DNA of 64,000 bases from an uncultured Gammaproteobacteria bacterium (GTDB lineage Bacteria > Patescibacteriota > Microgenomatia > Levybacterales > UBA12049), in contig CAZERI010000001.1 in NCBI GenBank assembly GCA_964515545.1, forward strand, positions 205,553-269,552. Direction: 5' to 3'. The notes under the pieces were generated by a model. It was not told where the DNA came from. It searched no databases and was given only the letters and a program-made list of their open reading frames with translations. Below, piece after piece: positions 29,395 through 40,789 of the stretch (position 1 is its first letter; each line of letters starts with the position of its first letter). The translations under genes were made by a program, and so were the position numbers.

Positions 29395-31693
29395 GTCCCA
29401 CTTTCTCGTATCTCTCGTGCAACATCCAGGTTATGACATTAAAACTAGCCAGGATGAGATAGGGTATTACCTCATGCCAGCCAAGTGATACCTCAATAAT
29501 CAGACAAAAGAAAAATGAGACAAGGATAATTCCGACAAAGCCTTTTTCCAAGATAAAGAGAAGAAGATACATGAGAAAATGGGGAATAGTCCGATGATAC
29601 TCTTTACTGGTCAGAGCGATTTTAAGCAAATTACTATTTAGTTCAGGTGAGACTGCCTGAAGAACAAAAGGCCGAAAACCATTTTTGACAAAGGAGAGAG
29701 TATAACTACTCTCCATGAGATTAGTTAAGATAAAATTCCCCTCACGGTTAGTGATAGCATGGCTGACGATCTTTTCAGTCGAATGATCAATGGCATAGAC
29801 AGTAACGCCCTGGAGAGGTTTTTCATCGATGCTGTTGAGGACTTTGCCTGTAAGGCTATGGTTGGGTTTACTTCTTCGTAGGATTCTTTGGTAAAGATAG
29901 AGTAGATGACGTGGCAGCATCCGCAAAGAAAGCTGCGCTTTGGTCATAAATGATGCAACAAGCAGAATCAGGAATGACGCCAGGCTTAAAAATGAGACAA
30001 GGTCGAGTACTCTCCGTGATGCAGACACATCAAGTACATAGTCCTCTGTTTTTGTATAGACGAGGTCTTTTAGAGTCGTCCCGAAGTAGCGGATAGCTCC
30101 TATCACACTAAAAGGTTGTTCCTGAAGTGTCACATCAGGATAGCCATCATGGTCTTTTGTGCCGATTGAGAATTCGACTTTTTGCTCACTAAAACCGAGA
30201 AGTCTGATCTCTGCCCGATATCGTCCTTGAGGCAGAATAATTGGGACCTTACCATTCCTATCGCTGAAGCTGGGATTAGTAATACCCGTACTTTGGTTAC
30301 TCAGAAAGACATAGGACTTACTTGTCCTGTCATAGTAATAAAGAGCAACTCGGGCTGCCTCGACAGGTTTTCCTGATGCGGTATGGATGATAAAAGGCCT
30401 CACAACACGAAACGAGCTGATTTTCTGTTCAGCAATTGCTCCTCTTTTGTCCAAGAGACGAAGAAAGAGATTATAGTTCCCGATTACTGTAGGCGTTTTG
30501 AGTCTACCGGTAAAGATATTTGGACTAATCTCAACAAGATCTACCAACTGCTCTTTATAGTCACTTCCAGACTCTATCGCAAGAGTTTGGGAGTTGCGAA
30601 GAACTGCCTGGACACGTTTTAGGTTCTGGCTGTCTGGGATAGTGATTTTAAAATCATAGGTTGCTTCTATAGGTAAGATAATCTTGTCTTGTGGAGGTTC
30701 CCCTGTTGCTTGTTGTTGAAGAGTAGTATTCAGAAGAGTATTGTCACTGGTTACCACCAGGCTGGAGAGGATAGGAGAAGGCACGTTACCCTGTAAAGCG
30801 GTGATAAAAGTATAGATACTTGATATCTTTTGGCCATAAGTGACTTTAAAGAAGTAGGACGTAGTCTTGCTGAGGCCTTCCAAATGAATGACATGCTCAC
30901 GTGAGGATTTCGGGTCAGTAACGATAGAAGTTAGACGAGAGACATCCGTACCATAAGAGAGGCTGATCGGGGAGGCCTTATTTAAAAGGACAGCAATTGT
31001 CGCATTGTTTTCCCCGATCGTTCGGATGGTGATGGAAGCTGTAGTAGGAGCCGGTGGGGTAGATGTTTTAGTCGGTATTAAAGTTAGAGATGGTGTCGGA
31101 GATCCGCCAGCTGATGGAGTGGGCGTGAGATTTGGAGTAGGGGTTGGTGTCGTAGTAGGGTAGTTGCTATAGCTTGTGGTAACTATGCTATCAGGAGTTA
31201 TGAGGTCTGGGCCCTTGAGGTGGCCGGTTACTGTAAAGTTGATCTTATTATCAGCCGTGATACTGTTTGTTTTGAGTTTGAAAGATACTTTTTGATCGGG
31301 TAGATTTCCCGGGAAGGATGAGATATCCCAGGTAATTTTTTGATTGATAAGATCGATAACAGGAGAAGTAGCGCCATACGCATTCGTGGCGCTGCCTTCG
31401 ACATAGGAGGCAACATCGACTTGTGCTCCATTCTCCTCAATTGTTCCTCGTGACCAGTTGGCCTCAAGCGTAATCGGTGTGTCTGTGGTAAGGGTGGAGG
31501 AGTAGGCCAGAGTATACGTGATCGTTGCCTGTGGCCCGAGGGTGGTGATCGGGCTGGCTGAGAGAATTGCTGAAAAATCCGTGGCATCAGCAGGTACAAC
31601 TGCAGTGACTGAGAGTGATGCAGCCAAGAGTGCCTGCGGGGTTAGGGATAGAGTTACCAGTACTAGCGTAATAATCAGGGCAAGGCGACGCAT
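29387..31693 (-). CDS. large envelope protein: signal peptide, Pro/Thr linker, CarboxypepD_reg-like domain, C-terminal TM helices
   Basis: PTPTPNLTPTPS linker; REGNFILTNLMESSYTLSFVKNGFRPF prealbumin-like motif; hydrophobic C-terminus. Confidence 0.55.
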   Translation of the reverse strand: MRRLALIITLVLVTLSLTPQALLAASLSVTAVVPADATDFSAILSASPITTLGPQATITYTLAYSSTLTTDTPITLEANWSRGTIEENGAQVDVASYVEGSATNAYGATSPVIDLINQKITWDISSFPGNLPDQKVSFKLKTNSITADNKINFTVTGHLKGPDLITPDSIVTTSYSNYPTTTPTPTPNLTPTPSAGGSPTPSLTLIPTKTSTPPAPTTASITIRTIGENNATIAVLLNKASPISLSYGTDVSRLTSIVTDPKSSREHVIHLEGLSKTTSYFFKVTYGQKISSIYTFITALQGNVPSPILSSLVVTSDNTLLNTTLQQQATGEPPQDKIILPIEATYDFKITIPDSQNLKRVQAVLRNSQTLAIESGSDYKEQLVDLVEISPNIFTGRLKTPTVIGNYNLFLRLLDKRGAIAEQKISSFRVVRPFIIHTASGKPVEAARVALYYYDRTSKSYVFLSNQSTGITNPSFSDRNGKVPIILPQGRYRAEIRLLGFSEQKVEFSIGTKDHDGYPDVTLQEQPFSVIGAIRYFGTTLKDLVYTKTEDYVLDVSASRRVLDLVSFLSLASFLILLVASFMTKAQLSLRMLPRHLLYLYQRILRRSKPNHSLTGKVLNSIDEKPLQGVTVYAIDHSTEKIVSHAITNREGNFILTNLMESSYTLSFVKNGFRPFVLQAVSPELNSNLLKIALTSKEYHRTIPHFLMYLLLFILEKGFVGIILVSFFFCLIIEVSLGWHEVIPYLILASFNVITWMLHERYEKVGLI

Positions 31694-31754
31694 AATTCAA
31701 TCGTAGCAAAAACGTACTTGACGGCATAGAGCCATCTTTCTTAAGATGTAAAGT

Positions 31755-32525
31755 ATGTCCAAGAACAGCGATGCCCCGCTTTTGGAGAAAGAACAGAAGA
31801 AGTCTCGCTTCTTATCTCCCTTCCTTATAGGAGGAGTAATCGTTCTTATCCTTATTCTTTTAGGATTGAGTGTTTATTTTTATCTTCAGTATCAACATTC
31901 CCAAGACCTTCTCAAAAATCCGGCTAATTCCAGTCAGTCTGAAGTAAATAATCTCGTCGCAAAGGTAGGGAAGCACTATGATCTGCCAAAAAATGATAGC
32001 GTCACAGTGGCTACTGTCTCAGATATGAGCAAGCTTGCAGGCCAGGCTTTTTTCAGCAAAGCCCAGAATGGCGATAAGGTGCTTATCTATCCAAAGACCA
32101 GTATTGCTATCTTGTACAGACCAAGTACTGATAAGATCATCAATGTCGGACCAGTAAATACCCAAAGCCAGCCAGCTGAATCTTCTCCGTCGCCATCAGC
32201 AGTAAGTACTGTCAAGGTCGCTCTTTATAATGGTACTAAGACCACTGGATTAACGCGTCAGGTAGAAGATCGACTCAAAACACTTTCCTCATTACACTCT
32301 GAGGTCACTACCAAAGCAAATTCTACTAATGATTATACGGAGTCAGTGGTCGTTGACTTAACTGGGAAGAACGCACAATCTGCCAAGCAGTTAGCCTCTT
32401 TTGCAAAAGGAGTTGTAGCCTCACTCCCCGCAGGTGAAACTAAGCCCGACGGAGCTGATATCCTTATCATCCTTGGCAGTTCCTACGTTTCTAGCCTCAG
32501 TCCGACTCCTACTGTCACTCCATAA
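31755..32525 (+). CDS. LytR_C (LytR/CpsA/Psr C-terminal) domain membrane protein
   Basis: N-terminal TM; VKVALYNGTKTTGLTRQVEDRLK...VVVDLTGKNAQSAKQLA pattern. Confidence 0.6.
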   Translation: MSKNSDAPLLEKEQKKSRFLSPFLIGGVIVLILILLGLSVYFYLQYQHSQDLLKNPANSSQSEVNNLVAKVGKHYDLPKNDSVTVATVSDMSKLAGQAFFSKAQNGDKVLIYPKTSIAILYRPSTDKIINVGPVNTQSQPAESSPSPSAVSTVKVALYNGTKTTGLTRQVEDRLKTLSSLHSEVTTKANSTNDYTESVVVDLTGKNAQSAKQLASFAKGVVASLPAGETKPDGADILIILGSSYVSSLSPTPTVTP

Positions 32526-32871
32526 AGTATATAAATATATACAGGAGTATTTAAATTTATGCATTTTTGACTTGTAATATCTTCGTTTTTTGTTATTTGT
32601 TGGAAATCCTCAAGAGCATATTTATCCCAGTTTATTTTCACAGACAAGATATGTTGCTATATATATTGATATAGATTATTTTTCAGAATTTCTCGTCAAA
32701 TAACTGTAACAGAAGCTATCAAATTACTACTTAAAGTAGTAATTCCCGCTATTTACTTGACATGGCTGGAGTGAATCTGTGAAAATTATTGTAAAGCTTA
32801 TTAATATAAGAATATAAGTAACACGAGGGTGAGTGTTACTTGTTGTGGTTTTCCCAGGCAGGCAACAAGCT

Positions 32872-35800
32872 ATGAAGCCATATTATCTGTCCAATCTTCT
32901 CAAAGCTGTTTTCACGGCTGTTTTCTGCCTAACTATCATTTCTCTTTTTCAGCCTGTATTTGCAGCTACTTCCAGTCTTACTTCCCGAAATGATTTTGAT
33001 TCAGGTACCTATAACCAGACTGAGGGCGCAAGCAGGTCGGGTGAGTTAAGGCTTGAGGCAGCAGGGAGTTTTACAACACGGGTGTGGAAGACTCCATCGG
33101 TTGCGCTGGGAGACCAGTCATCAGTGGTCAGTGATGGGACGTATTTGTATATCAAAGTGGCGGGCGATAATAACTTTCAGAGATATGATCCAGTCAAAAA
33201 TACGTGGAAAGACTTAGCTAACGCCCCTCGTTACTCCTATGCCGGATCTGATATGAAAATCCTCAATGGCGTAATTTACGCTACCTTTGGCGGTTATCAA
33301 TACGAGTTTTATAAATACACGATAGCTACTAATACCTGGACAAAGCTTGCCAACATGCCTGACTTGATGAATTCCGGTGGGTCAATAGGCACAGACGGTA
33401 CAAATATCTATGCCATTCGGGGTACTGCCACGACTGATTTCTGGAAATACACGGTCTCTACCAATACCTGGAGTACGCTAACGTCGCCTCCGGCAACGAT
33501 CAGTACGGGAGGTAGCCTTATCTACAGCGGAGGATATTTCTATACACCCCGAGGAGGCAATACGACGACTTTCTATCGTTACAGTGTCAGTGGGGGAACG
33601 TGGTCCACCATGGCTGCTGCTCCAGCTGCATTTAACAGTGACGGCAACATAACGGTCCATGGTGATTATATCTATGCTCTACGAGGAGGTTCGACCAATA
33701 ACTTCTATCGCTACAGTATCAGTGGTGATTCATGGACGAGTATGACTAATACTCCTCAGACAACTGGATATGTCGGCCTTATTTACCATTCAGGTGATGG
33801 CTATATCTATGTTTTTCGGGGGAATAACACCCAGGAGATGTGGAAATATGATATCAGCAATGATGCGTTCGTCGGTATGAATGATCTGCCTAATACTCCG
33901 GGGACAGGCAGCGATCTGATCAACTACCGTGGATCGCTTTATTATGTCAGGGGGAATGCCAGTACTAATTTTTATAAATATGATCTCTCAAGTGGCTCGT
34001 GGTCAGGGCTTCTAGCTGCCTTTCCCGGGACAATGGCAGACGATGTTAAGGGTGCATCAGCAGGAGCGTATCTTTATTTTGTCAGAGGCAGCAGTACGAC
34101 TACATTTTATCGCTATGACCCGACAGGGGATTCGTTTACTACCTTAGCCGTCTCACCTGCGACATTGGGTGGAGGCAGCGCTGTCGTCTATCCTGGATCG
34201 GGTGACTATCTCTACATAACTCGTGGTCTTAACACTCAGACATTCTATCGTTACAGCATTTCAGGTAACACCTGGGATGATGCCGGAGCCTCTGATCTGC
34301 CCGCCAATGCTGCAGCGGGAATTGGTTCACGAATGATTAGCGATGGGACAAATATTTATTATTTGAGTGGTAACGGCACATCTCGGCTTTTGAAATATAA
34401 TATCTCCGGCAATTCATGGACGTGGATTAATAATACTCCTTTCTCGACCTACTATGGCACTGATATTAATTACTACAAGGGCAAGCTCTATATTCAGGCA
34501 GGCTACTACAAACAAGATTTCTGGGAATATAATCCAACGACTAATACCTGGCGGAGACTTCCTGATATGCAGAGTAACTTTGCTTATGATCAAGGCCCGT
34601 ATAACGGCGCTGCCCTGGCAAGTGACGGAGGAGGGAATCTCTATTCAACTCTTGGCGCTTTAAGCCTTTGGTGGCGGCGATACTCAATCGGCACGACTAA
34701 CTATCCGACAACCGGTACGTGGGTGAGTGATGTCATGGATCTCACCTATGTCTCGAGTTGGACGTCACTTACAGCATCAACGACAACTCCAGGAGATTCG
34801 TCGGTGACATTTGAAACCCGCAGCAGCGCCAACCGTACGAGCTGGACTTCCTGGCAGAGTGTCAGTGGCGGAATAATCTCTTCGACTGCTCAGCGCTACT
34901 TACAGGTAAGGGCTACATTACATGCCTCGACAGATCAGAGTATAACGCCTGTCTTGTCTGATGTGACGGTTACCTACGCAGGGGATACGACAGCCCCAAC
35001 CAATCCAAGCAGTTTCAGCGCTAAATCCACTTCAGGCGGTACAACTCTAACCAGCGGAACAACATATAGCTATACTAATCCATACTTCAACTGGTCGGGT
35101 GCGTCTGATGCACAAACATCTATTAGTGGATATTATGTATACTTTGGTACTAGTAGTTCGGGTGATCCTGTTACGAACGGAACTCTCCAGACAGCCTCTA
35201 CATATACCGTTACTACACCTTTAGCAAATAATACCTATTACCTTCGTCTCGCGACAGTTGATGCAAGTAACAATGTCAGTAGTGCAGTTACTGAGTTTAC
35301 CTATGTCTACTCAGGGTTGACTTCGACAAGTATTACTAAGACGCTCACGTCAGATTTTGTTGGTGGTGTAGAGAATTCCGTCTCAATTCAGAATAACGAG
35401 ATCAAACTCGCCAGTAAGTCAGGTTTCTGGCAGCAGAATCGTCTGAGTATGCCCCCTGGAACAATAAGCAGCGGAGCTGGCTGGGCGTATGATAGTCCAT
35501 CAAATAACCTCTTCACCTTCAGAGGCGCTTCTACGACGACGTTTTATGAATATGATATCGATACTGATACCTGGTTTACCAAGGCTGTAGCCCCCGCTAC
35601 AGTCACGACAGGTGGGACGATGGCAGGAGGGAACAATGGCTATATTTATGCAGCAAGAGGAAGTAATACTACCTCATTCTGGCGTTATGATATCGCTAAT
35701 GACACTTGGGATGATGCTGCCGTTGCCGATGCCCCCCAGTCTATTGCAGGCGGATCATCGTCATTTTTTGACGGGACTCATTATATCTATGTCCTGAAGG

Positions 35801-38800
35801 GGAATGCCGATGATACCTTCATGCGTTACGACATCACTACTGATTCATGGGAGATTTTAGCCAATACTGATTTTGGCTCACCAACTGATCATATCCTCAA
35901 CACCGTCACCAGTGGAGGCGATCTTGCTTATGACAACTCAGATACGATTTATGCTATTCAAGGAGGCAACTATTCAGGTTTTTCCTCATATAGTATTACT
36001 GCCAATTCCTGGACTACCCTGCCTAATTTGCCGGCAGTCTCAAATGCTGAAGGAGCGCAAATTGAATACGACGCGACAAGCAATGCTATCTATTATATTC
36101 CCGCAAATAATAAGACATTTTTATTTAAATATGACATCTCAAGTAGTACCTGGTCTCAGCTTGAAGACGCACCTGCCACACTCTCCACCAGCGCTGCTAT
36201 GCGCGCTGTCTCCGGTATACTTTATATTTTACGTGGTGGATCAACCCAGAATTTCTATACTTATAATATTGCCAAAGCTTCTTGGCAGGTACCTAATTAC
36301 GGCTTTTTCGGCAGTATATTTAGGGGAAGTGACCTCAGAACTTTTTCAACAGGATCACAGATTGCTAAAGGCCAGGGAGAAAATTATTATATTTTACGTG
36401 GGGCAAATGACAGTCTCTTCTCCAAATATAATGCATCTACAGGAACGATCACCAGGCTTTCTGATATCCCAAGTGGCGTCACTACTGGAGCATCTCTGAC
36501 ATATGATTCAGTCCATAACCAGTTTATAGCTCTTGCCAATAGCATGTCCCAGCGCCTCTTTATTTATGATGTGGCGGGGGACTACTGGTATGAGGATTAT
36601 CAGGATGTACCACCTTTTGTGCCTGCTGCCGGTGACGTACTCAAATTTGATGGAACACAGTATATGTATTATCTACGGGGAGCGGGTACGACGACATTTT
36701 ATAAGTATGATACCGCTGCGGCGCTGGGTAGCAGGTGGAGTAGCGCACTAGCCTCAACTCCGGGTGGTATCGGAGCAGGAGCAGAGATGATCGTAAAGGG
36801 TAATTATATTTATCTTTTACGGGGAAATTCACAGATTTCTTTTTACCGTTATGATATTTTGGGTAATTCATGGTCTGACCCTGCTGTTGCCGATTTGCCA
36901 GCAGGTATGACGGTAGGGGCTGACGGATTTTTAGTCGATGGTGGAGATGATAGTCTCTATGCCTGTCGGGCGATTAATACATCAACGTGTTATCAGTACA
37001 GCATCTCAGGAAATAGTTGGACACAAATTGCCAACGCTCCAGCCAATATCACAGCCGGAGGAGATGTAGCGAGTAATTTGTCTGATAAATTCTATGTCAT
37101 TGCCGGAGCAGGTACGAACACATTCTCAGATGGTTTGTATAACTTTGTTATGCAGACAACCGGCTCATCCTTTGAGGAATCAGGGAGTTATGAATCACCT
37201 TCAATTGCTATTCCTGATGTCTATAAGTTTGCTAATTTGAGTGTGTCGTCAACGGCAAGCAGCAATGCTACTCTTAAGGCATATACCCGTACCTCCTCAG
37301 ACAACTCGACATGGTCCTCCTGGTCTCAGGCAACAGAAGGAAAGACAAGCGGAACTACCACGGCCTACAAAGTTAATTCTCCTGCGGACAGCTATATCGA
37401 GGTCAAATTTGAATTCACCTCAGGCGATGGAGTGTATTCTAATGTCATTAGCAGTTATTCCTTGACGTACTATGCAGATAGCAGCGCTCCGAGTAATGCT
37501 TCAGTGCTGTCTGCTTATACTACAGCCACACATTCAGCTAGCATGACTACAAATAACTGGTATAACTATTCATCCCCTGAATTCACCTGGCCACAGGCAG
37601 AGGGGGTAGGCGGGGCTACTGATACAAGCACAGGTTCAGGAGTAAGTGGCTACTATGTCTACTTTGGGACAGATGCGTCAGCCGATCCCGCAACTGACGG
37701 AACGCTTCAGACAGCACTTTCCTATACTCCTTCCAGCCTCACCTCAGGCAGTACCTATTATCTTCGTATTAAGACTGTGGATAATGCGGAGAACGTCAGC
37801 AGTGGTGTCTGGCAGCCATTTATCTATAAGTATGATAATGTCGCTCCTGAGAACCCAACGACAGTTACTGCAGATCCACCTGGCTATACCGCCACAAATA
37901 GTTTTGACTTTGCCTGGAGTGGGGCTACTGACAGTGCTTCTTTAGTTACTTCCTACTGCTATAAAACTATATTAAATGGGGCAGAGACTTGTGGTGTGAG
38001 TGATAGTTTTGTTAATAATGTGACAGCAGGTGGAACTGGAGCTAGTACATTCTACGTCCGTGCGGTTGACGCTGCCGGCAACAAAGCTCCAAGCTACTCA
38101 AGCGTATCATATTATTATAGCTCCACAGCGCCGAGTGCGCCTCAAAATCTGAGCGTTACTCCTACCAGTAATACTATTAACGAATTTGCTTTCTCTTGGA
38201 CTCCGCCATCTCTTTACTTCGGCGCTCAGGCCAACCTTCTGTATTACTATTCAGTCAACGCGATACCAACTTCAAGCAATGTTAATTCAGTCGGATTATC
38301 GCATACCTATCTTTCTTCGGGAGCATACGCCACAGTCCCAGGTGCAAATATCATGTATGTAGTAGCTAAAGATGAGGCAGGAAACATCGATTATAGTAAC
38401 TACGCGAGTGTGACCTTTACCGCGGATACTTCAGCTCCTGGAATAGCCAGAAATGTTGATATCTCTGATGTATCAGTCAAATCTACGAGCAACTGGCGTC
38501 TAGCTGTTTCGTGGGATGCTCCTGAGAGCAGTGGATCTGGAGTAGAGAATTATAAAGTGTATCGTGCTGCCTCAAAGACTGCGGTCTGTTCCACAGACTT
38601 TACACCATTTAGTTATGTTGCCTCAACCACAACGGAGTCATATGTTGATACCAGTCTTGATCAGCAGGATTATGCCTATTGTGTAAAAGCCTGCGACTCT
38701 ACCAATAATTGTTCGGCTACCTCCAGTACTGTCACGATGCTCCCTGATGGTAAATGGACGACAGCCCCAACTCTTACTGCTAGCCCTTCGGCTGTTGTGA

Positions 38801-39990
38801 AGACTAAGTCAGCGGTTATTAGTTGGTCTACCAGCAGGACGAGTAATTCATTTGTCAAATACGGCACTAAAAGTGGTGATTATGGAGCTGAAGTAGGTTC
38901 ATCAGACCAGGTTGCAGCTCACTCAATTACTCTTTCAGGATTAAACCCGGGTACTACTTATTACTATAAAGTCCTCTGGACTGATGAAGATGGTAACTTA
39001 GGTGAATCTGAGGAACAGACCTTAACCACAAATGCTGCACCATTTATTTTAGGTGTTAAGGTGACTAATATTAGTCTCTACTCAGCCTATGTCTCCTTTA
39101 CTGTTAAGAACGCATCAAGTATCTCTGTTAATTATGGTAAAACAACATCCTACGGAGGTATCAAGACTATCTCTACGCCGACAAGTGAATCTACTCAAAA
39201 TATTCTCCTCGATAATTTAGAAGAGGGAACAGCATATCATTTGCAAGTCGTCGGAAAAGATGAGGAGGGGAACACGTTCTCAGGCGATGATTATTCCTTC
39301 CAGACTTTGCCGGTACCAAAGATTTTAGATGCTAAAGTTCAACAGGTGGCAAATATGCCAACTGCTACGCTGAGAGCTATCTGGAAGAGTAATACGCCTA
39401 TTTCAACGATTGTGACATACTATCCGACTACTAACCCTGAATTGGCGCGTGATCAGATATCATTAAAACTTACTACGGTTCATGAATCAGTCCTGACTAA
39501 TTTGAAAGATGACGCACAATATACAATCCTTATTAAAGGAAAGGATTCTGCTGGGAATGAAGCAATCGCAACGCCAGAAGTAGTGAAGACAGCCGTTGAT
39601 TTCAGGCCACCAGACCTCTTAAATGTTAATGTAGAAAGTACTATTGTCGGTGTTGGCCAGGACGCTAAAGCCCAAGTCATTATCAGCTGGGACACCGATG
39701 AGCCATCAACGAGTCAAGTTGTCTACGCACAGGGAACAGATACATCCTATGGACAGTCAACCCAGGAGGATACCAATCTATCGACTAATCACGTTGTTAC
39801 TATCACTAACCTTACTCCATCGAAGATTTATCATCTCCAGGCAGTATCGAAAGACAAAGCGGGTAATGTAGGCAAATCTTTTGATACAGTAGTAGTTACA
39901 CCTAAATCGACCAAAGCAGCACTCAATCTAGTAATTGAAAATCTCTCAAAGACATTTGGCTTTTTGAAAGGGTTTAGCAGCAGTCCATAA
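32872..39990 (+). CDS. giant secreted surface protein (about 2370 aa) with many Kelch/beta-propeller-like FY(R/K)Y repeats and fibronectin-III-like SGYYVYFGT modules; ORF track starts at TTG 32833
   Basis: Signal peptide after M at 32872; dozens of T(T/N)FY(R/K)Y(D/S) blades; repeated SGYYVYFGT..TYYLR FN3-like units. Confidence 0.85.
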   Translation: MKPYYLSNLLKAVFTAVFCLTIISLFQPVFAATSSLTSRNDFDSGTYNQTEGASRSGELRLEAAGSFTTRVWKTPSVALGDQSSVVSDGTYLYIKVAGDNNFQRYDPVKNTWKDLANAPRYSYAGSDMKILNGVIYATFGGYQYEFYKYTIATNTWTKLANMPDLMNSGGSIGTDGTNIYAIRGTATTDFWKYTVSTNTWSTLTSPPATISTGGSLIYSGGYFYTPRGGNTTTFYRYSVSGGTWSTMAAAPAAFNSDGNITVHGDYIYALRGGSTNNFYRYSISGDSWTSMTNTPQTTGYVGLIYHSGDGYIYVFRGNNTQEMWKYDISNDAFVGMNDLPNTPGTGSDLINYRGSLYYVRGNASTNFYKYDLSSGSWSGLLAAFPGTMADDVKGASAGAYLYFVRGSSTTTFYRYDPTGDSFTTLAVSPATLGGGSAVVYPGSGDYLYITRGLNTQTFYRYSISGNTWDDAGASDLPANAAAGIGSRMISDGTNIYYLSGNGTSRLLKYNISGNSWTWINNTPFSTYYGTDINYYKGKLYIQAGYYKQDFWEYNPTTNTWRRLPDMQSNFAYDQGPYNGAALASDGGGNLYSTLGALSLWWRRYSIGTTNYPTTGTWVSDVMDLTYVSSWTSLTASTTTPGDSSVTFETRSSANRTSWTSWQSVSGGIISSTAQRYLQVRATLHASTDQSITPVLSDVTVTYAGDTTAPTNPSSFSAKSTSGGTTLTSGTTYSYTNPYFNWSGASDAQTSISGYYVYFGTSSSGDPVTNGTLQTASTYTVTTPLANNTYYLRLATVDASNNVSSAVTEFTYVYSGLTSTSITKTLTSDFVGGVENSVSIQNNEIKLASKSGFWQQNRLSMPPGTISSGAGWAYDSPSNNLFTFRGASTTTFYEYDIDTDTWFTKAVAPATVTTGGTMAGGNNGYIYAARGSNTTSFWRYDIANDTWDDAAVADAPQSIAGGSSSFFDGTHYIYVLKGNADDTFMRYDITTDSWEILANTDFGSPTDHILNTVTSGGDLAYDNSDTIYAIQGGNYSGFSSYSITANSWTTLPNLPAVSNAEGAQIEYDATSNAIYYIPANNKTFLFKYDISSSTWSQLEDAPATLSTSAAMRAVSGILYILRGGSTQNFYTYNIAKASWQVPNYGFFGSIFRGSDLRTFSTGSQIAKGQGENYYILRGANDSLFSKYNASTGTITRLSDIPSGVTTGASLTYDSVHNQFIALANSMSQRLFIYDVAGDYWYEDYQDVPPFVPAAGDVLKFDGTQYMYYLRGAGTTTFYKYDTAAALGSRWSSALASTPGGIGAGAEMIVKGNYIYLLRGNSQISFYRYDILGNSWSDPAVADLPAGMTVGADGFLVDGGDDSLYACRAINTSTCYQYSISGNSWTQIANAPANITAGGDVASNLSDKFYVIAGAGTNTFSDGLYNFVMQTTGSSFEESGSYESPSIAIPDVYKFANLSVSSTASSNATLKAYTRTSSDNSTWSSWSQATEGKTSGTTTAYKVNSPADSYIEVKFEFTSGDGVYSNVISSYSLTYYADSSAPSNASVLSAYTTATHSASMTTNNWYNYSSPEFTWPQAEGVGGATDTSTGSGVSGYYVYFGTDASADPATDGTLQTALSYTPSSLTSGSTYYLRIKTVDNAENVSSGVWQPFIYKYDNVAPENPTTVTADPPGYTATNSFDFAWSGATDSASLVTSYCYKTILNGAETCGVSDSFVNNVTAGGTGASTFYVRAVDAAGNKAPSYSSVSYYYSSTAPSAPQNLSVTPTSNTINEFAFSWTPPSLYFGAQANLLYYYSVNAIPTSSNVNSVGLSHTYLSSGAYATVPGANIMYVVAKDEAGNIDYSNYASVTFTADTSAPGIARNVDISDVSVKSTSNWRLAVSWDAPESSGSGVENYKVYRAASKTAVCSTDFTPFSYVASTTTESYVDTSLDQQDYAYCVKACDSTNNCSATSSTVTMLPDGKWTTAPTLTASPSAVVKTKSAVISWSTSRTSNSFVKYGTKSGDYGAEVGSSDQVAAHSITLSGLNPGTTYYYKVLWTDEDGNLGESEEQTLTTNAAPFILGVKVTNISLYSAYVSFTVKNASSISVNYGKTTSYGGIKTISTPTSESTQNILLDNLEEGTAYHLQVVGKDEEGNTFSGDDYSFQTLPVPKILDAKVQQVANMPTATLRAIWKSNTPISTIVTYYPTTNPELARDQISLKLTTVHESVLTNLKDDAQYTILIKGKDSAGNEAIATPEVVKTAVDFRPPDLLNVNVESTIVGVGQDAKAQVIISWDTDEPSTSQVVYAQGTDTSYGQSTQEDTNLSTNHVVTITNLTPSKIYHLQAVSKDKAGNVGKSFDTVVVTPKSTKAALNLVIENLSKTFGFLKGFSSSP

Positions 39991-39991
39991 T

Positions 39992-40789
39992 ATGAATCAA
40001 GCACTTATTGAATTACAAAACGTTCATAAATCATTTACTGTCGGTCAGGCACAAGTTGAGGTCTTAAAGGGTATCTCGATTACTATCCGCGGAGGAGAGT
40101 TCGTGATCATTTTTGGTCCATCTGGATGTGGTAAGTCGACTTTACTCCATACTCTTTTAGGACTTGAGCCACCTTCATCAGGTAAAGTTCTTGTTGAGAA
40201 TGAAGATTTTTATGGTAACAAGACAGACGATGACAGGGGTCTTTACCGACGTCATAAGGTGGGCATGATTTATCAGCAGCCACTCTGGGTCCATGCTCTT
40301 AATGTTATTGAGAATGTCTCACTTCCGCTCCATTTGTTAGATCAGGAGGGGGAAGCAGTTGAGGAAAAAGCCAAGAAGGCTCTAGAAAAGGTAGGGCTCA
40401 CTGAGTGGTCGAGTTATACCCCTACAGAGCTCTCAAGTGGTCAGCAGCAGAAAATAAGTCTGGCCAGATCCCTTATGACTGATCCTCTCATGATAGTAGC
40501 CGATGAGCCGACGGGGAATTTGGATACAGTATCCGGCCAGGAACTTCTCGATACATTTATCGCGCTGGTTAAAGAGGGGAAAACGATCATTATGGTCACT
40601 CATGACTTGGAATACTTAAAGTACGCAACTAAGGTCTTCCATATGATTGATGGCCAAGTAGTAGAAGAGTATTCACCCACTGGTAAAGGATCCAAACTCG
40701 ACAAGATCGGTGGCAAGAAAGCTCTTGGAGGAGATGAAGTCAATATTAATGTCCGTGATCCCGAATTACTTAAAAAGATGAAAATATGA
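39992..40789 (+). CDS. ABC transporter ATP-binding protein (MacB/LolD/FtsE-like)
   Basis: Walker A GPSGCGKST, signature LSGGQQQK, Walker B IVADEPTGNLD; start 2 nt after giant-gene stop. Confidence 0.9.
   Translation: MNQALIELQNVHKSFTVGQAQVEVLKGISITIRGGEFVIIFGPSGCGKSTLLHTLLGLEPPSSGKVLVENEDFYGNKTDDDRGLYRRHKVGMIYQQPLWVHALNVIENVSLPLHLLDQEGEAVEEKAKKALEKVGLTEWSSYTPTELSSGQQQKISLARSLMTDPLMIVADEPTGNLDTVSGQELLDTFIALVKEGKTIIMVTHDLEYLKYATKVFHMIDGQVVEEYSPTGKGSKLDKIGGKKALGGDEVNINVRDPELLKKMKI

Noticed and set aside
35873-36499. 208-aa ORF and many 60-100-aa ORFs inside the two giant genes (both strands)
   Set aside because: They sit in alternative frames within long uninterrupted repeat-rich coding sequence, and their composition is low-complexity and frame-shadow-like.
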